From Octopus vulgaris (Eukaryota), in NCBI GenBank assembly GCA_951406725.2, contig OX597815.1:11718001-11782000 (forward strand): 64,000 bases of DNA. Direction: 5' to 3'. The position numbers and the translations under genes were made by a program. Of the stretch, positions 39,959 through 54,465 are shown piece after piece (positions within the stretch are counted from its first letter, which is position 1; every line of letters begins with the position of its first letter). The notes beneath the pieces were generated by a model, which was not told the origin of the DNA, searched no databases, and saw only the letters and a list, made by a program, of their open reading frames with translations.

Positions 39959-40311
39959 CGTGTGCGTGCGTGCGTGTGTGTGGGCGTGCGCGCTTGGTGT
40001 ATATGTATGAAATTGACCAGGCACGTTTCATTTGTTGTCGTTAATGAGAAGATATTGCAGTTTTTAGGCTCCATGTTCCAAATCACGAAACGCGCTAACT
40101 CAAAAAGCCATGCATGCCCTTCCACACAAAGCACATACACTTATGTTGATTTAATTTTCGCTGGATTTCCATCGGTTTAAATCAGCTAAGATGTGAAGGA
40201 AAATGGATTCGAAAATATCTCTGTTGCGAGATATACTTGATCCTGTTGACTCAAATATCAGTGGAAAACAAGCTGTAGTTTGTTTACTGGTTAAATATCA
40301 AACATACAGGC

Positions 40312-40524
40312 TGCAAATGTTCGCACAACGACAAGAATTTCCCGGGAGCGGGTAAGTCGTTTATATGCGCCCCCAATTGCTCAACTGCTACTTATTTTAC
40401 CAACCCTGAAAGAATGAAACGTAAAATCGACCTCGACAGAAATTGAGCCCAAGAACGTAATGGTAGACTAAATACCGCCAGGCATTTTGCCCAGAGCGGT
40501 AACAATCCTGCTAGCTCGGCGCCT
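40312..40524 (-). mobile_element. Older SINE family B copy
   Basis: Degenerate family match. Confidence 0.65.
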
Positions 40525-41461
40525 TTCTGAAATATCTAAAATATCGAATCATTACCAGCAAATACCAAAATGCTTGCTAAAATATTTCTAATTCCAGAAT
40601 TGCTAAAAATTTTCCAACGTTAAATTTTTAGAAAAAAGTATATATATAATTGTTATCAAATGCATACAATTCCCCCTCGTGTTTGATATCCCTTCAGAGA
40701 CGTAAGATTTTTACAAAGTAGACTTTTAAGCCCTAGCAACGTATGAAATCTAGAAAATAATTACAGCTTTATCAACGACCCCACTTTCTAGCATTCACTT
40801 CGATATTACGAAGTATATCACTTAAGAATCAGATTAACACCACATTTTTTACAAGTAGCATGTACTACACGTAAGGAATACGCTTCTCTTTTCTAATTCC
40901 TGCTATATTTGATTAAATTGACGAAGACACACACAGATGCACATCATTTTGCGACTGTGTGTGTGACTATCTTTCAAACAATCTACCTTAATTTTAAATA
41001 ACACATTATAAAAAGTAAAAAAAAATTATAATAATAAAGCCTGATATTTGCCTAAAGTAATTATTATGTATACTTCCTATCCTTTTCACAACAATCTTTA
41101 ATTAAACATTCCATTTTTGAAAACTATTTGTTTTCAAAATTATGAAATGACAATTTTTCCATAAACTTTTTCACTACACTTTTTTGTCTTTTATTTCCCA
41201 ACCCACTTAAGTGCTTTGTGAAATAAATCAAAAAACTGCTATTAAATATTGGCGTAGTGATATTTCAACCTTATATTTGCCAAGTTTTCTTTCATATGTT
41301 AAAACGTTATTGACATATTAACAAGAACGATTTTAAATGACGTATGTATATATGTATGTACGTATGTATGTGCACATGCATCTATCTATCTGTCTATGTA
41401 TGTATGTATGTATGTATGTATGTATGTATGTATGTATCTATCTATCTATCTATCTATGTAA

Positions 41462-41493
<32 letters not shown>

Positions 41494-41560
41494 ATATCTA
41501 TCAATTTATCTATCTACCTATCTATTTATCTGTCTATTTATCTTTAAAATATGTATACAA

Positions 41561-41607
<47 letters not shown>

Positions 41608-41709
41608 CATACATACAAACATACATTCATATATAAGCATACATGTATATATACAAAGAGGCAACGGAGGGATGTATGTGTGTATGTATATGTATATACG
41701 TATGTATCT

Positions 41710-42330
41710 GCAGTCAATCGTCGCGAGAATATGACTATTCATGGCTTTGATATAACTCGATAAGCTTTCTCTGTAATGGTTTTCTTTTTCGCTTGGGTTT
41801 GCCATTGAATAATCATCGAATCATTTCCATTTCATGTTTCTTTGTGCAGTATCTTTTGATCTCAGGCCAGATCTTCCCAGGTTTCTTTTTTTCTAACATC
41901 GTTGAGAGTGAAGTATTTTCCTGGAGAGCCTATTGCTATCCAGCCTGTGTACGTGGCCCAACGTAAATTTCTACCAATGAAGATTTCCACCATAGGAGGC
42001 AGGCCAGAACGCCTTAGAATGTCTTAATTTCTGATCTCTTTAAAGAGAGTAATATGCATGATTCGTCGTGGCTATCTCGTCATACGTGCGTGCAACGTCT
42101 AATTGAGCTTTATAGGCTGTTCAGGTTTCAGCTCCATACAGAAAGAAAGAAAGACTATTACACCTTACATTTGACACGTATAGAAACATACCTGTTTTGC
42201 CACAGTCCCTCATGCATCCTGGCAAATGAAGCACTAGCTCTGCACATACAGTGACGGCCTTTCATGTTCAGTAGTGATGTTTTCTTCTATCAGTGGGAAT
42301 TTATGGCCTCCACAGTTTGGTAAAGGCATT
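41710..42330 (-). mobile_element. RTE-clade LINE fragment (RT C-terminal region)
   Basis: RASASFARMHEGLWQNRYVSIRVKCKV; LYGAET; DILRRSGLPPMVEI...LRW; VHRLDSNRLSRKIL. Confidence 0.75.
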
Positions 42331-42419
42331 CGGTTTTCCCGCTGTGTTTCTTTCCCCGTAAATTATCATTTGGCCGTTCAAAGATGACTACAAGCCTAAG
42401 TAGTAGCGACTTTTCTAGA

Positions 42420-43474
42420 ATTCGACAAAATTATCAGGTAGCTTCAGAAAATAAGTTTAGACCCCCAAATGACATTCATACTGTCATGGTTGCTACATAA
42501 TTGGATGACACCCCAGGTTTAGCAACAGTGCAAAAGTGGGCACCTGAATTTAGAAAGAGGAGACAGAGTTTCGAATATGGTCTGGTCGTCCTGGCCGTCT
42601 TGCAGCTACCACCACAGAGGAAAGCATTGATTGTATTCCCAACTTGGTGGTGGATGACATGTGTTTGACTATAAATCAGATAACCAATGCTATCATTATA
42701 TCCCTGTGAGAGAGTTGAATATATTCTGCACAACGAGAATGAAATGATGAAGGTTTCTGCTCAGTGGGTATCACGACTTCTGATACCTTATAAAAAGCGT
42801 ATCAAGCTGATCACATCATGGAAAAATATGACATTGCTTCAGGCAGATCCAGCTGGTTTCCTTGAACGTTTCCTAAACCAAGTCAAGACAAGGAAACAAT
42901 CCTTACAAACTCCATAAAAAGCCTAGGTCGTTTCATTTGCAGGTAGGTTGACGGCGCAGGTTTTCGAGAAGCAAAAGTCATTGTACTTATTAATTATCTT
43001 CAAAAGGGCCACATCATCAGTGGAGAATACTATGCCAATTTGCAGAATCATTTACAAAAGGCTATCAAAAACAAACACCCAAGAAATGGGGCTTGTTTCA
43101 TGAGGTCAATGCACCAACACTCAAGTCCTTGATTTCATCAGCTGCCCTGCGTGAGTGTGGCTTTGTACTAGTTGAGCACCCTCGCTGTTCTCCTAATTGG
43201 GCCCTATCTTTCTATCATCTTTTCCCAAAACATGAAGAAATGCCTGTAAAGAGAAGCAGTATCACAGTGGTGACGTCATATCTGCTGTTGGTGACGTTTT
43301 TGACTTACGGGATGAATTCTCCTTCACCGGAGGAACCGACGCACTGCGACATTGGTGAATAGTGTATGTGTAACGCAATGGTGACCATGTGGGAAAATAA
43401 ACCTAATTTGGTTTCATTCCATTTGAGTATCTTGGTCATCCTATGAACTTTCAGACGACCCTTGTATGTACATG
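42420..43474 (+). mobile_element. Mariner (DD34D-type) transposon fossil with right TIR
   Basis: ATVQKWAPEFR; MKVSAQWVSRLL; GEYYANL; FHEVNAP...CGFVLVEHPRCSPNWALSFYHLFP; ends gaactttcagacgacccttgTA. Confidence 0.85.
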
Positions 43475-45341
43475 TCAATGATTTGAAATATAAATGTAAC
43501 ATAAAATCAGTCGTTCATTACTCAATAAGTAATCCCGACTAGTATAAGTCACTGTCAGCATCATAAAGATCCTTGAGACAATAATAGATTGATATGTTCC
43601 ATATTCCTTAAAACGTTTAGATTGCACGAAATTTAGGGCCCCAAATTCCGTAGCTGGTAACAAACTTAAAGTCTACTTAACAGATTAGTCTCACATGATA
43701 GGTTGTCAAATATTACATATAACTTTAGGCAATCCCTATTATTAGTGTTATGAGACATTGACTTTCCTAAAGGGACACAGACAGTTGAAAATCAGCTAAG
43801 CACAGTGTTTCCTTTATGCTTTTATAAAGTGGTATCTTCAGTGGAATACAGGTTTAATAGATCACGTCAAGACCAGAATGTTCTCTAGTACTTGGTTTAT
43901 CGATGTGGAAGTGACTGATAGCAGAATGTAGAATTCAAAATTAGAATGGCGTAGACTAAATAATTTCATGCATTTAATTCAGCAATGAAATGTCAGTGTA
44001 AGAAGAATCTTTTTTAAATCCCGAGTGCCGCGTGGTTGGAGTTTGTTCTACACACAAGAAAATTGCAGAGTTATGGTAACATTTAGTGACTATCATGTCT
44101 TTGTCATGCCTTTGCATTAATGTCTTACGTAAAATCTAATGATATTCAAACGAACTCTAAAATAATCTTATTCTCACAGAAGGTTTGCGGTCGCTTAGTT
44201 CCTTGCTCTTCAAATTATACAGCTACGCTACCAAACACAAGTGCATAATCACAAGCGCATGCGAAATCACTTACAAATGCGCAGACACTGATTTGCACAT
44301 AAATTTAGAAGTACAAGCGCTGGTGGACACTCGGAAATACTCGACTACTAATATATGCAAAATATATTTGGCATCTTTAGGCGAAAACGGGATGAACTCA
44401 GTTTTAAATTGAAAAAAAAAAACAATATCATCTACATCGTATATAGTGCGGTCTACGCTTGTCCGAACGAGAGAAATCAAAATACATGTATCCATACATA
44501 TACATACATATATACACCCCCACAGACACACAATACACACAGACACTCCCCACCACATAGACACCTCCTCACAAACACATACAGTGCACACATACACACG
44601 GACACCCACACACAGATACACTTGCGTATAAACACACTAACGTACAAGTGCACATACTAGTTATGCATGTAAGTAGGCTAGACTTTAAAATGCAACCAAT
44701 ACCTTCATAATTCATATAGAATGGTTATATGTTCAAGACGTGTCATTGGCACGTTTCTTTATCCAAATATAGAGACCCAAGTCTTCTCACCAAAATCTAC
44801 CCAAGATTTGTAACCAGATACCAACCTGGTTACAGATGTTGAAATACCATTGACAATATTTTCGATTGCGATTGATAAATACAAATAGTGTGAGACGTTA
44901 AAGTGGGTGCTTTTGACAACAAATGTACTTTCCAACAACCTTCTCAGAGTTATCGAGGCTTACATTGAAACATTTCATTCTTTTCAACTCAAGGAAAGGA
45001 AAGCAAGAACAGATGTAATGTTGCTATATTTTAAATTAAAGTTTCTTCCACATATGCTAACGTTCAATCATTTATATTTTAATACCACCTTTTCATAAAT
45101 TCGTTCGTTCATACTTATGATGAAAGCAATTCGTTCTCAACACAACTAAATATACACACACAGATAAACTGGTATGCATGTGTTTATGTACATATTTTGG
45201 TATAGGAGATGGTCTAAAATTGAGAAACATAAAAACATTTTGAGATATTTAGTCCCTTGCAATGTGCAACCCTTCACACAAACGTCCACTTGCGTGGGTT
45301 CTTTGAATGGAAAGAAATATGTACATATTACATAAATCGGT

Positions 45342-45535
45342 GAGCAGGTAGAATCGATAGCATGCCGGACTAACTGCTTACTGGCATTTCCTTAGTACTT
45401 ACATTCTGAATTTGAATCCAGCCGAGATCGTCATTGGCTTTCATCAATCGAGGTCAATAAAACAACTGCCATTTCAATAGAGGATTGGCTCCCTCCCACA
45501 AAGCTTGAGGCCCTGTGCTTGTATTAGAAACGATA
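45342..45535 (+). mobile_element. Highly diverged SINE family B copy
   Basis: tgagcaggtagaatcgatagcatgccgg...ggctttcatc...ggtcaataaa. Confidence 0.55.
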
Positions 45536-45817
45536 TTACATACAGTACTTGGTTTGTTGAAAAAGATATTTGAATATGATGCATATACATTGCTGGAGGA
45601 CAACAGAAGATGTAAGAAAAAAGTTTAAATGAATAGAAAAATTATACATAAATACACAAGCAGAGAGATACGCAGCAAACATATATAGAGATGCACAGAC
45701 GCATCTAAGGCTACCTATCTATCTATCTATCTATCTATCTATCTCTATATATATATATGCTACATGCGCGGGCGCGTGTGGATATACATACACACATATA
45801 TGCTTGCATGTCCATTG

Positions 45818-45935
<118 letters not shown>

Positions 45936-46275
45936 TCGCACATTCACAAACACACAAACACCACGACGACGACCAACACCACCACTACCACCAACAGACA
46001 AATAATGTATAAAACTGAAAATAATTTTTTGAGTCAAACGGATTAAGACGTCAAAGAAACAGGTTACAAATATTACCCGCTGCGAAATCACCACAAATGG
46101 ACCATGTGATTGACTGACAATGCTCAGACATGAAAATATTTGCATTATCTCAGCTGATGGTAAATAACAGCTTCTAGCATTTCAAAGAGGTTACGCGTAC
46201 ATATTACATTTGATGTGTGTGTGTATGAGGGGGGGGGGTGTTGTTCCGTATATGTGTGGATGTGGGGGAGAGGTA

Positions 46276-46314
<39 letters not shown>

Positions 46315-46412
46315 ATGTGTCTGCGTGCACGCCCCCTGTCACTTTGTAAATTTATCTTTACAAATTTTGCATAGAAATAAGAGCCAGCACTGAAAGTTAC
46401 GGCGTTTCGTAT

Positions 46413-46845
46413 ACTCTTTTACTCTTTTACTGAATTACTTGTTTCAGTCATTTGACTGCGGCCATGCTGGAGCACCGCCTTTAGTCGAGCAAATCGACCC
46501 CGGGACTTATTCTTTTGTAAGCCCAGTACTTATTCAATCGGTCTCTTTTGCCGAACCGCTAGGTGACGGGGACGTAAACACACCCGCATCGGTTGTCAAG
46601 CAATGCTAGGGGTACAAACACAGACACGCAAACATATACACACACATACACACACATATATATACATATATATACATATATACGACAGGCTTCTTTCAGT
46701 TTCCGTCTACCAAATCCACTCACAAGGCATTGGTCGGCCCGGGGATATAGCAGAAGACATTTGCCCAATATGCCACGCAGTGGGATTGAACTCGGAACCA
46801 TGTGGCTGGTAAGCAAGCTACTTACCACACAGCCACTCCTGCGCC
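46413..46845 (-). mobile_element. SINE family A
   Basis: Full-length reverse-complement match. Confidence 0.93.
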
Positions 46846-47119
46846 TATGTAAACAACACCATCGAAGAAACAGAAATAGATGTTAATTGTATGTGTATAT
46901 TTCAGGAGTTCATGCTCCTCCTTCAGCATTACGCGAACTCATGAACCGTCCACGAAGCCATTGACAAAACAGCGTAACACAATTGGATATATCAGTTTTG
47001 CATATTAAACGCATTCCTGGTAACTGCAAAGCAAATATTACTTGCTTGTTGGGGCACCGTTTTTCGTTTTGCAATCGTGTATGTTACTGGCTAAATTATA
47101 AATAAAAATACTAATCGGT

Positions 47120-47405
47120 AGAAAGCCACCCTTCAGTCAAGAGTAGTTAAGGGATTATACTTAAAAAGCTACCTTCCGGGGCACAAATCCGGGTAAGGTT
47201 TTTTTATGGAAATTCTGCAGTCGTCCATGCATACCAACCTTCCTTCCCACGCCACCGATGTTATCCAAGATACAACTTGGCACCAGTGACATCGCAACTC
47301 ATTTCGACAGCTGATTGAACTGCAGAAACGTGAAATAAAGTGTCTTGCTCAAGAATCCAACACAGCCCGGTCTGGGAATCGAACTCACTGCTTAATGATT
47401 GTGAA
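47120..47405 (-). mobile_element. SINE family C
   Basis: Minus strand gagttcgattcccagaccgggctgtgttggattcttgagcaagacacttta (B box + core). Confidence 0.6.
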
Positions 47406-47409
47406 TACT

Positions 47410-48010
47410 GCCATAATCCTTGCTTTCAGTTTATCTTTGGTGTGTCAAGGCGTTTTGTTGGTCTCTCGCTCAATAGTACATCGCACATGATAACCAAGGG
47501 GGTTGTAGTCTGGGAAGTTAGGTGACCAGATGTTAAGGGTGGTGTAGTCGCAGAAATTTCCTGACAGACATGACTGGGTTTTCCTGCTTCTGTGGCATGG
47601 AGCAGAGTCCTGTTGCCAGGTAGAGGGTCTTCCAGCAGTAACCCTCTTGACTCAGGATAGCACAACCCCCTGCAGGAACATGATGTAGGCCTCTGTGTTG
47701 AGTGTGGGGCTGTGATGGAAGATGAATGGAGGCACAATGTTGTCATCACTAGTGATCACACCAAACACCATGATGCTGACTGGATATTTGATTTTTATCA
47801 CTCCTTCTATATGTCCTCACGTTGTACTGTCCTCAGTGCGAATGCCAAGCATTACATGTCGTTTCCAAATTTCTGACAGCGAAATGCGTCATGATTCTGT
47901 TTTTATTTACCCAGACGGTCTCCAGCTGACACTACCATACTGTGTGTTCGACAAACTATGCGCATGTGCGAAATTAATGGCGACAATTTACCCCCAACAC
48001 ACCCTTTATA
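47410..48010 (-). mobile_element. DD37D (maT-like) transposon fossil, second copy
   Basis: WQQDSAPCH...WSPNFPDYNPL(G)Y with 37 residues between the catalytic positions; left end TA-aagggtgtgttgggggtaaattgtcgcc. Confidence 0.85.
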
Positions 48011-48611
48011 TATATACACGCATTGGTACATAAGCACAACACTATGTTTATGTATGTATATTGTAGAATTTATTAACAGGTAATAGCATGAACTAAAATG
48101 CTTAACTCAGTATATTCGTATATAAAATATTTCTATCGATACACGACCAATATTCAAAGCATTTCAGTAAAACTCAGTTTACTACCTTTATTACGGGCTT
48201 TAATAGTAACTGTTTCAAATATTTCATAACCGATGTCTTCGCACTCTATATATTATATTAAATATTCACCAGCCGTCCTTGAATGGTTTGGCTCTGGTTC
48301 CGCTAAGAGAAAATTAAATTGTATTCAGAACGGCAATAATTTATTAGTACAAGACTGAATTACATTGACACCGGTAAGTATTACGTTTTTCAGTGTAAAG
48401 CAACTCCTTGTATCAATAAATTTAGACTTAGATATACCGAACGCATATGTAATATACATATAACCGTACAAATGCGTGCGTATATATACAGACACAGCCA
48501 TATAACTGCTAACACAAATACACCTGTACACATATATACTCAAAACAACATGGATCAATGGGAGTGGAATATTAGGAAACATTGACGTTAGAGAGAACAA
48601 ATATTGCTTTA

Positions 48612-49065
48612 AAATTTTAGCACAAGGCCAGCAATTTCGGGGCAGGGAATAAGTTGGTTACCTCAACCCCAGCATTGAACTGGTACTTATTTTAAGACGG
48701 CGAGGTGGCAGAAACGTTAGCACGCCGGGCAAAATACTTAGTGGTATTTCGTCTGCGTTACGTTGTGAGTTCAAATTCCGCCGAGGTTGACTTTGCCTTT
48801 CATCCTTTCGGAGTCGACAAATTAAGTACCAGTTACGCACTGGGGTCGACGAATGCGATTTAATACCTATGTCTGTCCTTGTTCGTCCCCTCTGTGTAAC
48901 TTGTGTAACAATGTAACTTGTGGGTAATAAAGAAATATGTACTTATTTAATCGACCCGGAAATGATGAATGGCGAAGTCGAATTTGAATTCAGAACGTAA
49001 AGACGGACGAAATACAAGTGAATATTTTGTTCGGCGTGATGACAATCCTGCCTGCTCACCGCCTT
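48612..49065. mobile_element. Family B SINE (+, 48697-48938) nested in an older family B SINE (-)
   Basis: GTACTTATTT at 48683-48692 and 48939-48948 flanks the insert like a TSD. Confidence 0.8.
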
Positions 49066-49439
49066 TGAGGTAACTGATATTATTAACAGGTTCATGCTAT
49101 GAATTTCATGCTTAGGAAAAGAAATGGAATCTTCTTACTGGCCGTTTAGTACCCGCTTCTTAGCCTTAATAGATAGATCATTTGTGACGATGTGCTAACA
49201 TCTATATAAAGCAGTCATAAATTAATACATCTCCGTAGTGGAGACCGAATTTGAATATTTGTGATTTGGGTAGAGGAAGACATATTCCCTGTCATAGAGC
49301 AAAGAAAATTTAATCGTAAAAAGGCAGTAGCTATCAGAGTTGGAACTGGTGAGTTCATAATAGTGAAAGAGTGTGAAGACGACTTCGCTGAATGCGAAGA
49401 GCAAAAAGGAAATCAAGTAAAGGCGAAGAAACAATCTTA

Positions 49440-49666
49440 TTATTAAACTTGAATGAAGCGAGAAATAGCGAAAAATAGGAGATTACCAACACTGAGAGGA
49501 ATCCAAATAGGAACTATTAACTAAATGCTGCATCGACAATGTAAGGAATATATGGCATCTTATATACTGCTTGGAATCTGTCGGTGTGGCAACTCTTGCA
49601 CCTAAAACAGAAAGACAAGGGACGAAGCTCTATGGCGGGAACGAAGGCTAGAGAACCAGATTAAAC
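49440..49666 (+). mobile_element. Possible R4/Dong-like N-terminal ORF remnant
   Basis: RRLPTLRGI and ERRLENQIK fragments. Confidence 0.35.
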
Positions 49667-49816
49667 AAGAATGTTCTCTGGAGAATTCAGCAAACAGCGC
49701 TTATGATCTGGTGTTTGCTGAATTTCTCGAGAGAACATTCTTTTCTTTGTGGTTAGATTGTAGGTAATCTTCTTCTAGGATACTGGATGTCTACTTAGTG
49801 GTCATCCCTCCTTATA

Positions 49817-49859
<43 letters not shown>

Positions 49860-49864
<5 letters not shown>

Positions 49865-50050
49865 ACAAGATAAGGGCAGAAGAAAAATTCTAATCCCAGA
49901 TACGCCGAAACAAAAAATTGTCGATAACCATTAAATTTATGCGTCTCGAAACAAACCGATAGAAATCTCTAAAAAATTCGTTCTTATCGTATTGGTCCAA
50001 TGTTGGCCATTGATAAAATTTTTTCCTGAAAAAAATTTTATTCTATATCA
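49860..50050 (-). mobile_element. Penelope-family non-coding fragment between (TA)n tracts
   Basis: Reverse complement aligns by eye with 11018-11170. Confidence 0.5.
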
Positions 50051-50052
50051 AT

Positions 50053-50126
<74 letters not shown>

Positions 50127-51639
50127 CATATGTATATATTTACGTATGTATGTATTCAGTTCTACTTACTTATTTGTCTATTAGTGTTTCTACATATAAC
50201 TCTAAGGCGTATATTCTATATTATTTGCTGTGATTTCCCCCTCCCCCTGTAGAATGGAAGCTGGTCATTAACAATGAACTATATATATATATATATATAC
50301 GTACACACACATACTTTTATATATATGTGTATGGATGTCTGTAAGTTAAGGTGTATGTGCAGATATATTATTTCTATTTATTTAACAATGGAAATATCTT
50401 TGTTTCCCAAGCAGCTTTCTTAAATAATCCTTTTTCCGATTCTCTTTTCTCTATGTCAACCGAAGAGAAAAGTTGATATTATGCCAGTTTCGTTGTAGAT
50501 TAGAAATGGCATTAGGACCGAAACTAAACGGTGAGTTTGGAATATATTTACAAAAGAACGGACGAGAATAACAGCTCTATATGTAATTCCGTCATGAGCA
50601 TGGAATGTAACTCGGTATATTGGGAAATCGATATCGTAGGATTTCTCGCAATATGTCACCAGAGCTGTTGGTATTCTTCAGCCTTTCATGTGTTCAGAAA
50701 TGAATGATGCTTGAAATGTCCTTCACGTAATCATGATAAACTTTTGGTTGATTTTATCATCTGACTTTTGCAGTCACATCATTACTGATTGGAAAGGCGT
50801 TCGAAATAAGGAACTGCAATGGTGGGAACAAGTAAAAAGAAAACTGATGCGGTGAAAAACAGAAGTAAGAAACCACAATGCAACACATCAAGAGAAAATT
50901 ACACGGAAGACCTTATAATTTGGTCTTAATAATAAACTAGGAACTAATGTATAACAAATTATACGGGTTTCGTAATAGTTGATGGTATGTGTATGCGCAA
51001 CTATCATTATTGTAATATTTCGATTTGTGCTGAATAGAATTTCAAAATACTTAAATAGCAGGATATATTGAGGCTTTACGATGGACACAAACATTCATAC
51101 CAATATTGGTTAGTGCAGAGATATTGCATATAGCTTTCTGTAAACTACAATACAGTGCAAAAGCTATTAAACTTTACAAGTCAGATTTTGTATTAGTTCA
51201 CATTGTATGATCAAACAGAGTACTGTTACTTTTGACTTGCTAGAGCTAACAACCGACCCCTCTCTTAAAAGCATATGCTACCTTTTTGAAATCAAAATAG
51301 TTTCCATTCATAATGATCTATTATATAACTTTTCATGATGCTTCAAAACGACAAGAGACGAGAGGGGAAATCATCAATAAAATGAAGGCGACACACCTTA
51401 CGTTGATATGATCGCAAATGCCAGAGAAAAAACGTTGCTACTACAGATATTTTCTCTCCATTATTGCGATTTTAATCTATTTACATATTGCTGCTGTTGC
51501 AAATGAGTCATTTATAAGGGTTACTATGATATGGAATTCGTGAAATCTATGAACTGATGACAAGTAATTCAAACCTGAATAATGGACTGCAATATCCAGT
51601 TAGATACCTTTATATATCCCGTTTCATCTAATACAGAAT

Positions 51640-51995
51640 TTCATCAAATCTCCAAATGATATCGGTTTTATATTTACAATTCACCCAAGATTAGGGCATC
51701 CTGCAACTGGTGTCCTACAAAGGTCGAGATCACATTACATAAGAACATTGCAACACAATTTCTTCCCTTTAAATGGGCCTGCTCTTTTCAATGTTAGTAG
51801 AAAAAATTTAAGTAGAAAAAGACCCCCACAAATTTCAAACGGTAGCTGGAGAAATTCCTCCAGGAAATACGGGATAAACCTTCTAGACCAGGATACATCT
51901 CAACCAACAACAACTCTCTGCTTGAGTGGTCCGTGGATCCCGAAATAATTAACTAAAAGACTTTTCCAGGTGGTGCTATTGAGTTAGATTAGTTC
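51640..51995 (+). mobile_element. Diverged CR1/L2-group LINE 3' fragment
   Basis: IHPRLG...LQHNFFPLNGPALFNV; caggtggtgctatt 3' motif as at 24896 and 32717. Confidence 0.7.
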
Positions 51996-52107
51996 CGCGG
52001 AGATATATCTCTGGCTACGCAATTTGGAATCTATTCATCTAACAAGATTTGATTTTGAAACTATGACCTCAACAGCTATGACAACGGCGAACATACCTAA
52101 TGCTGCT

Positions 52108-52109
52108 TA

Positions 52110-52189
<80 letters not shown>

Positions 52190-52213
52190 CTGATGTTGCT
52201 GCTGCTGCTTCTT

Positions 52214-52244
<31 letters not shown>

Positions 52245-52267
52245 AACTGCTGCTGCTGGTACCACTG

Positions 52268-52337
<70 letters not shown>

Positions 52338-52338
52338 C

Positions 52339-52370
<32 letters not shown>

Positions 52371-52375
52371 TACTG
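52108..52375. repeat. Compound (CTA)n/(CTG)n trinucleotide array
   Basis: Direct observation. Confidence 0.95.
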
Positions 52376-54465
52376 CAATAACAACAGCAATAACATCACG
52401 TGATGCTATTTCTCTTTAGATGTAAAGTGCTTAATGTTTGATATCAATAAGAGGATATTGTGTAATTTTACAAATCCTAAACTGTATTATCCGTAACTCA
52501 TATTGATGTTATAAACGTTGCTCCTTTCGTTCTTGTTGTCAGTGTTGTTATTGTCGCTGTTGAAGCTTTTGTGTTGCTCTTCTTTCTCTCCCTTAAATAT
52601 TTTGTCCAAAATGTCAAATTAGACTTGAAGTAAATTCAACAGAAACAATATTACATTTTCCCTTTTCTTTAGAAGATTCTAGATTAGATGGTAGAATTCG
52701 TAAAGCGACTGAAAACAGAGGCTTGATAAAATAAGTGAGTACCAATGATATGCTGGATTCTAAATAGCTCTGCTTCCCAAAACGTATCATTTTGAGCACG
52801 TCAAAGGAAACATCATCATCGTCGCCATCATCCTTATAATCATTTTCATCGTCGTCATCACCATTGTCAGCTTTGGTTTCATCCTTCCATGATCGGTAAA
52901 ATTAAAGAAATTATCAGGTTCTAGGTTGAATTATATTAATGGTACATCTTAACAAATATACAATCAAGTTAATATCAAACACATGTCAGATTCTGCCTAC
53001 ATTAATATTAGAAAATAAGAAACATCGCAGCCTTATATTTTCAAGGCTATCACTGCTTCACTAAGATGTTTTTGAATTCGTAAATCAGTAATTGTTAGCC
53101 ATAATTTTATTCCAATATGTTATCCAATATGTAAAACAGCCCTTTCAATAATATATTTGAAAAACGAAATCACATCGTGATTTCGTGTAATGTGCGAATG
53201 TATATAAATCACATTGAAAAAGATATATCTTAGGTATATCTAAAATTTACTCAATTATTACACTTCATTTGAGAAAAAGCATGCTTTGTCAGTGTAAACT
53301 AGGATAAACAGTTTTGAAGTTGGTCGAAATGGAGAAATATGAACGGAAAAAAAATTTCTATAAAGAATATTAAGAATTTATGAACTGATATTTACTTACG
53401 TAAACAATCATTTGGAATTTGCAATATGTTTCAGAAATTTGGAAAACACGGTATGCATTCGAAAGGGTAAAATTATATTCGGCATATATTTAAAATCCTT
53501 TATAATAAAACCTTCCAATTTACCACAATATCGGTTCTCCAATTGAACAGTTAATTCAATTTCAGTATCAGTGAATCTACTATTCGAATAGATCAAAATA
53601 ATTAACGTAAATCGAATTGAAGGCTCTAACGCTTCAACTGAAATTAATTTTCATTCAGGACATATTACATAGAATAGTAACTGCATAGAATATTGGAAAT
53701 CTCCTGAAAAATTCTTCATCATCACGGACAGTTTCTCTGATATTACAGGATGTGTATAAACCATCCAATACGCCAAACCTCGAATAAATCAGATTAAAAT
53801 TTTAAGAGTTACTTCTAATGCACAAAAGATGGTCGACAATCCATATGTTCATATATAGAAGAATGGGAGCAAGTGTTTCAAAATATGATTATTTCTCAAA
53901 AACAGAATAAATAAACTATATTTGATATTTCCAGCAATTAAGAACAAAAAATATATGGCTATCAAAACTTGTAGAAATGAAAGACAATTTTCTAAACTGA
54001 ATCCTTCTAAGGGCCATAATGTTATATTACGCTTATATAATTTTAAACGTATAAATCTTAATACGAAATTAAATTCAGTAAATTTTACGAATCAAATAGT
54101 AGTCCTTAAGGATATGGAGGTTGCTCGGCTTGTTAGACATCGTTCCCAGATATACACAACTAGTATCCAATAGTCTTTTAAGTGAAGGAGAATAATGGTA
54201 TTATAATCGATGATGGATGGGTTATGGCCGAATAACAATGTGTTAACCTACATTTTGTTTATAGCTAAAACATAACAAATATCTGCATTATATAATATAG
54301 CTACTACATATTACACATGAAACATTATTATTTTTGAACGTAATATGCATATCAGATACACACTCACACGTTCATATAGACACGAGCACATGAGGTCAGT
54401 CTAACGTATGGCAAGGGAGTCAAAAATTTGTAGCAAACGATTCTTGAAATTACACCCTATAATTT

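Noticed and set aside
50499-50842. Small splice-site-bounded open segments (50499-50530; HIITDWKGVRNKELQWWEQVKRKLMR near 50774)
   Set aside because: Too short to distinguish from chance without transcript data; no consistent gene model.
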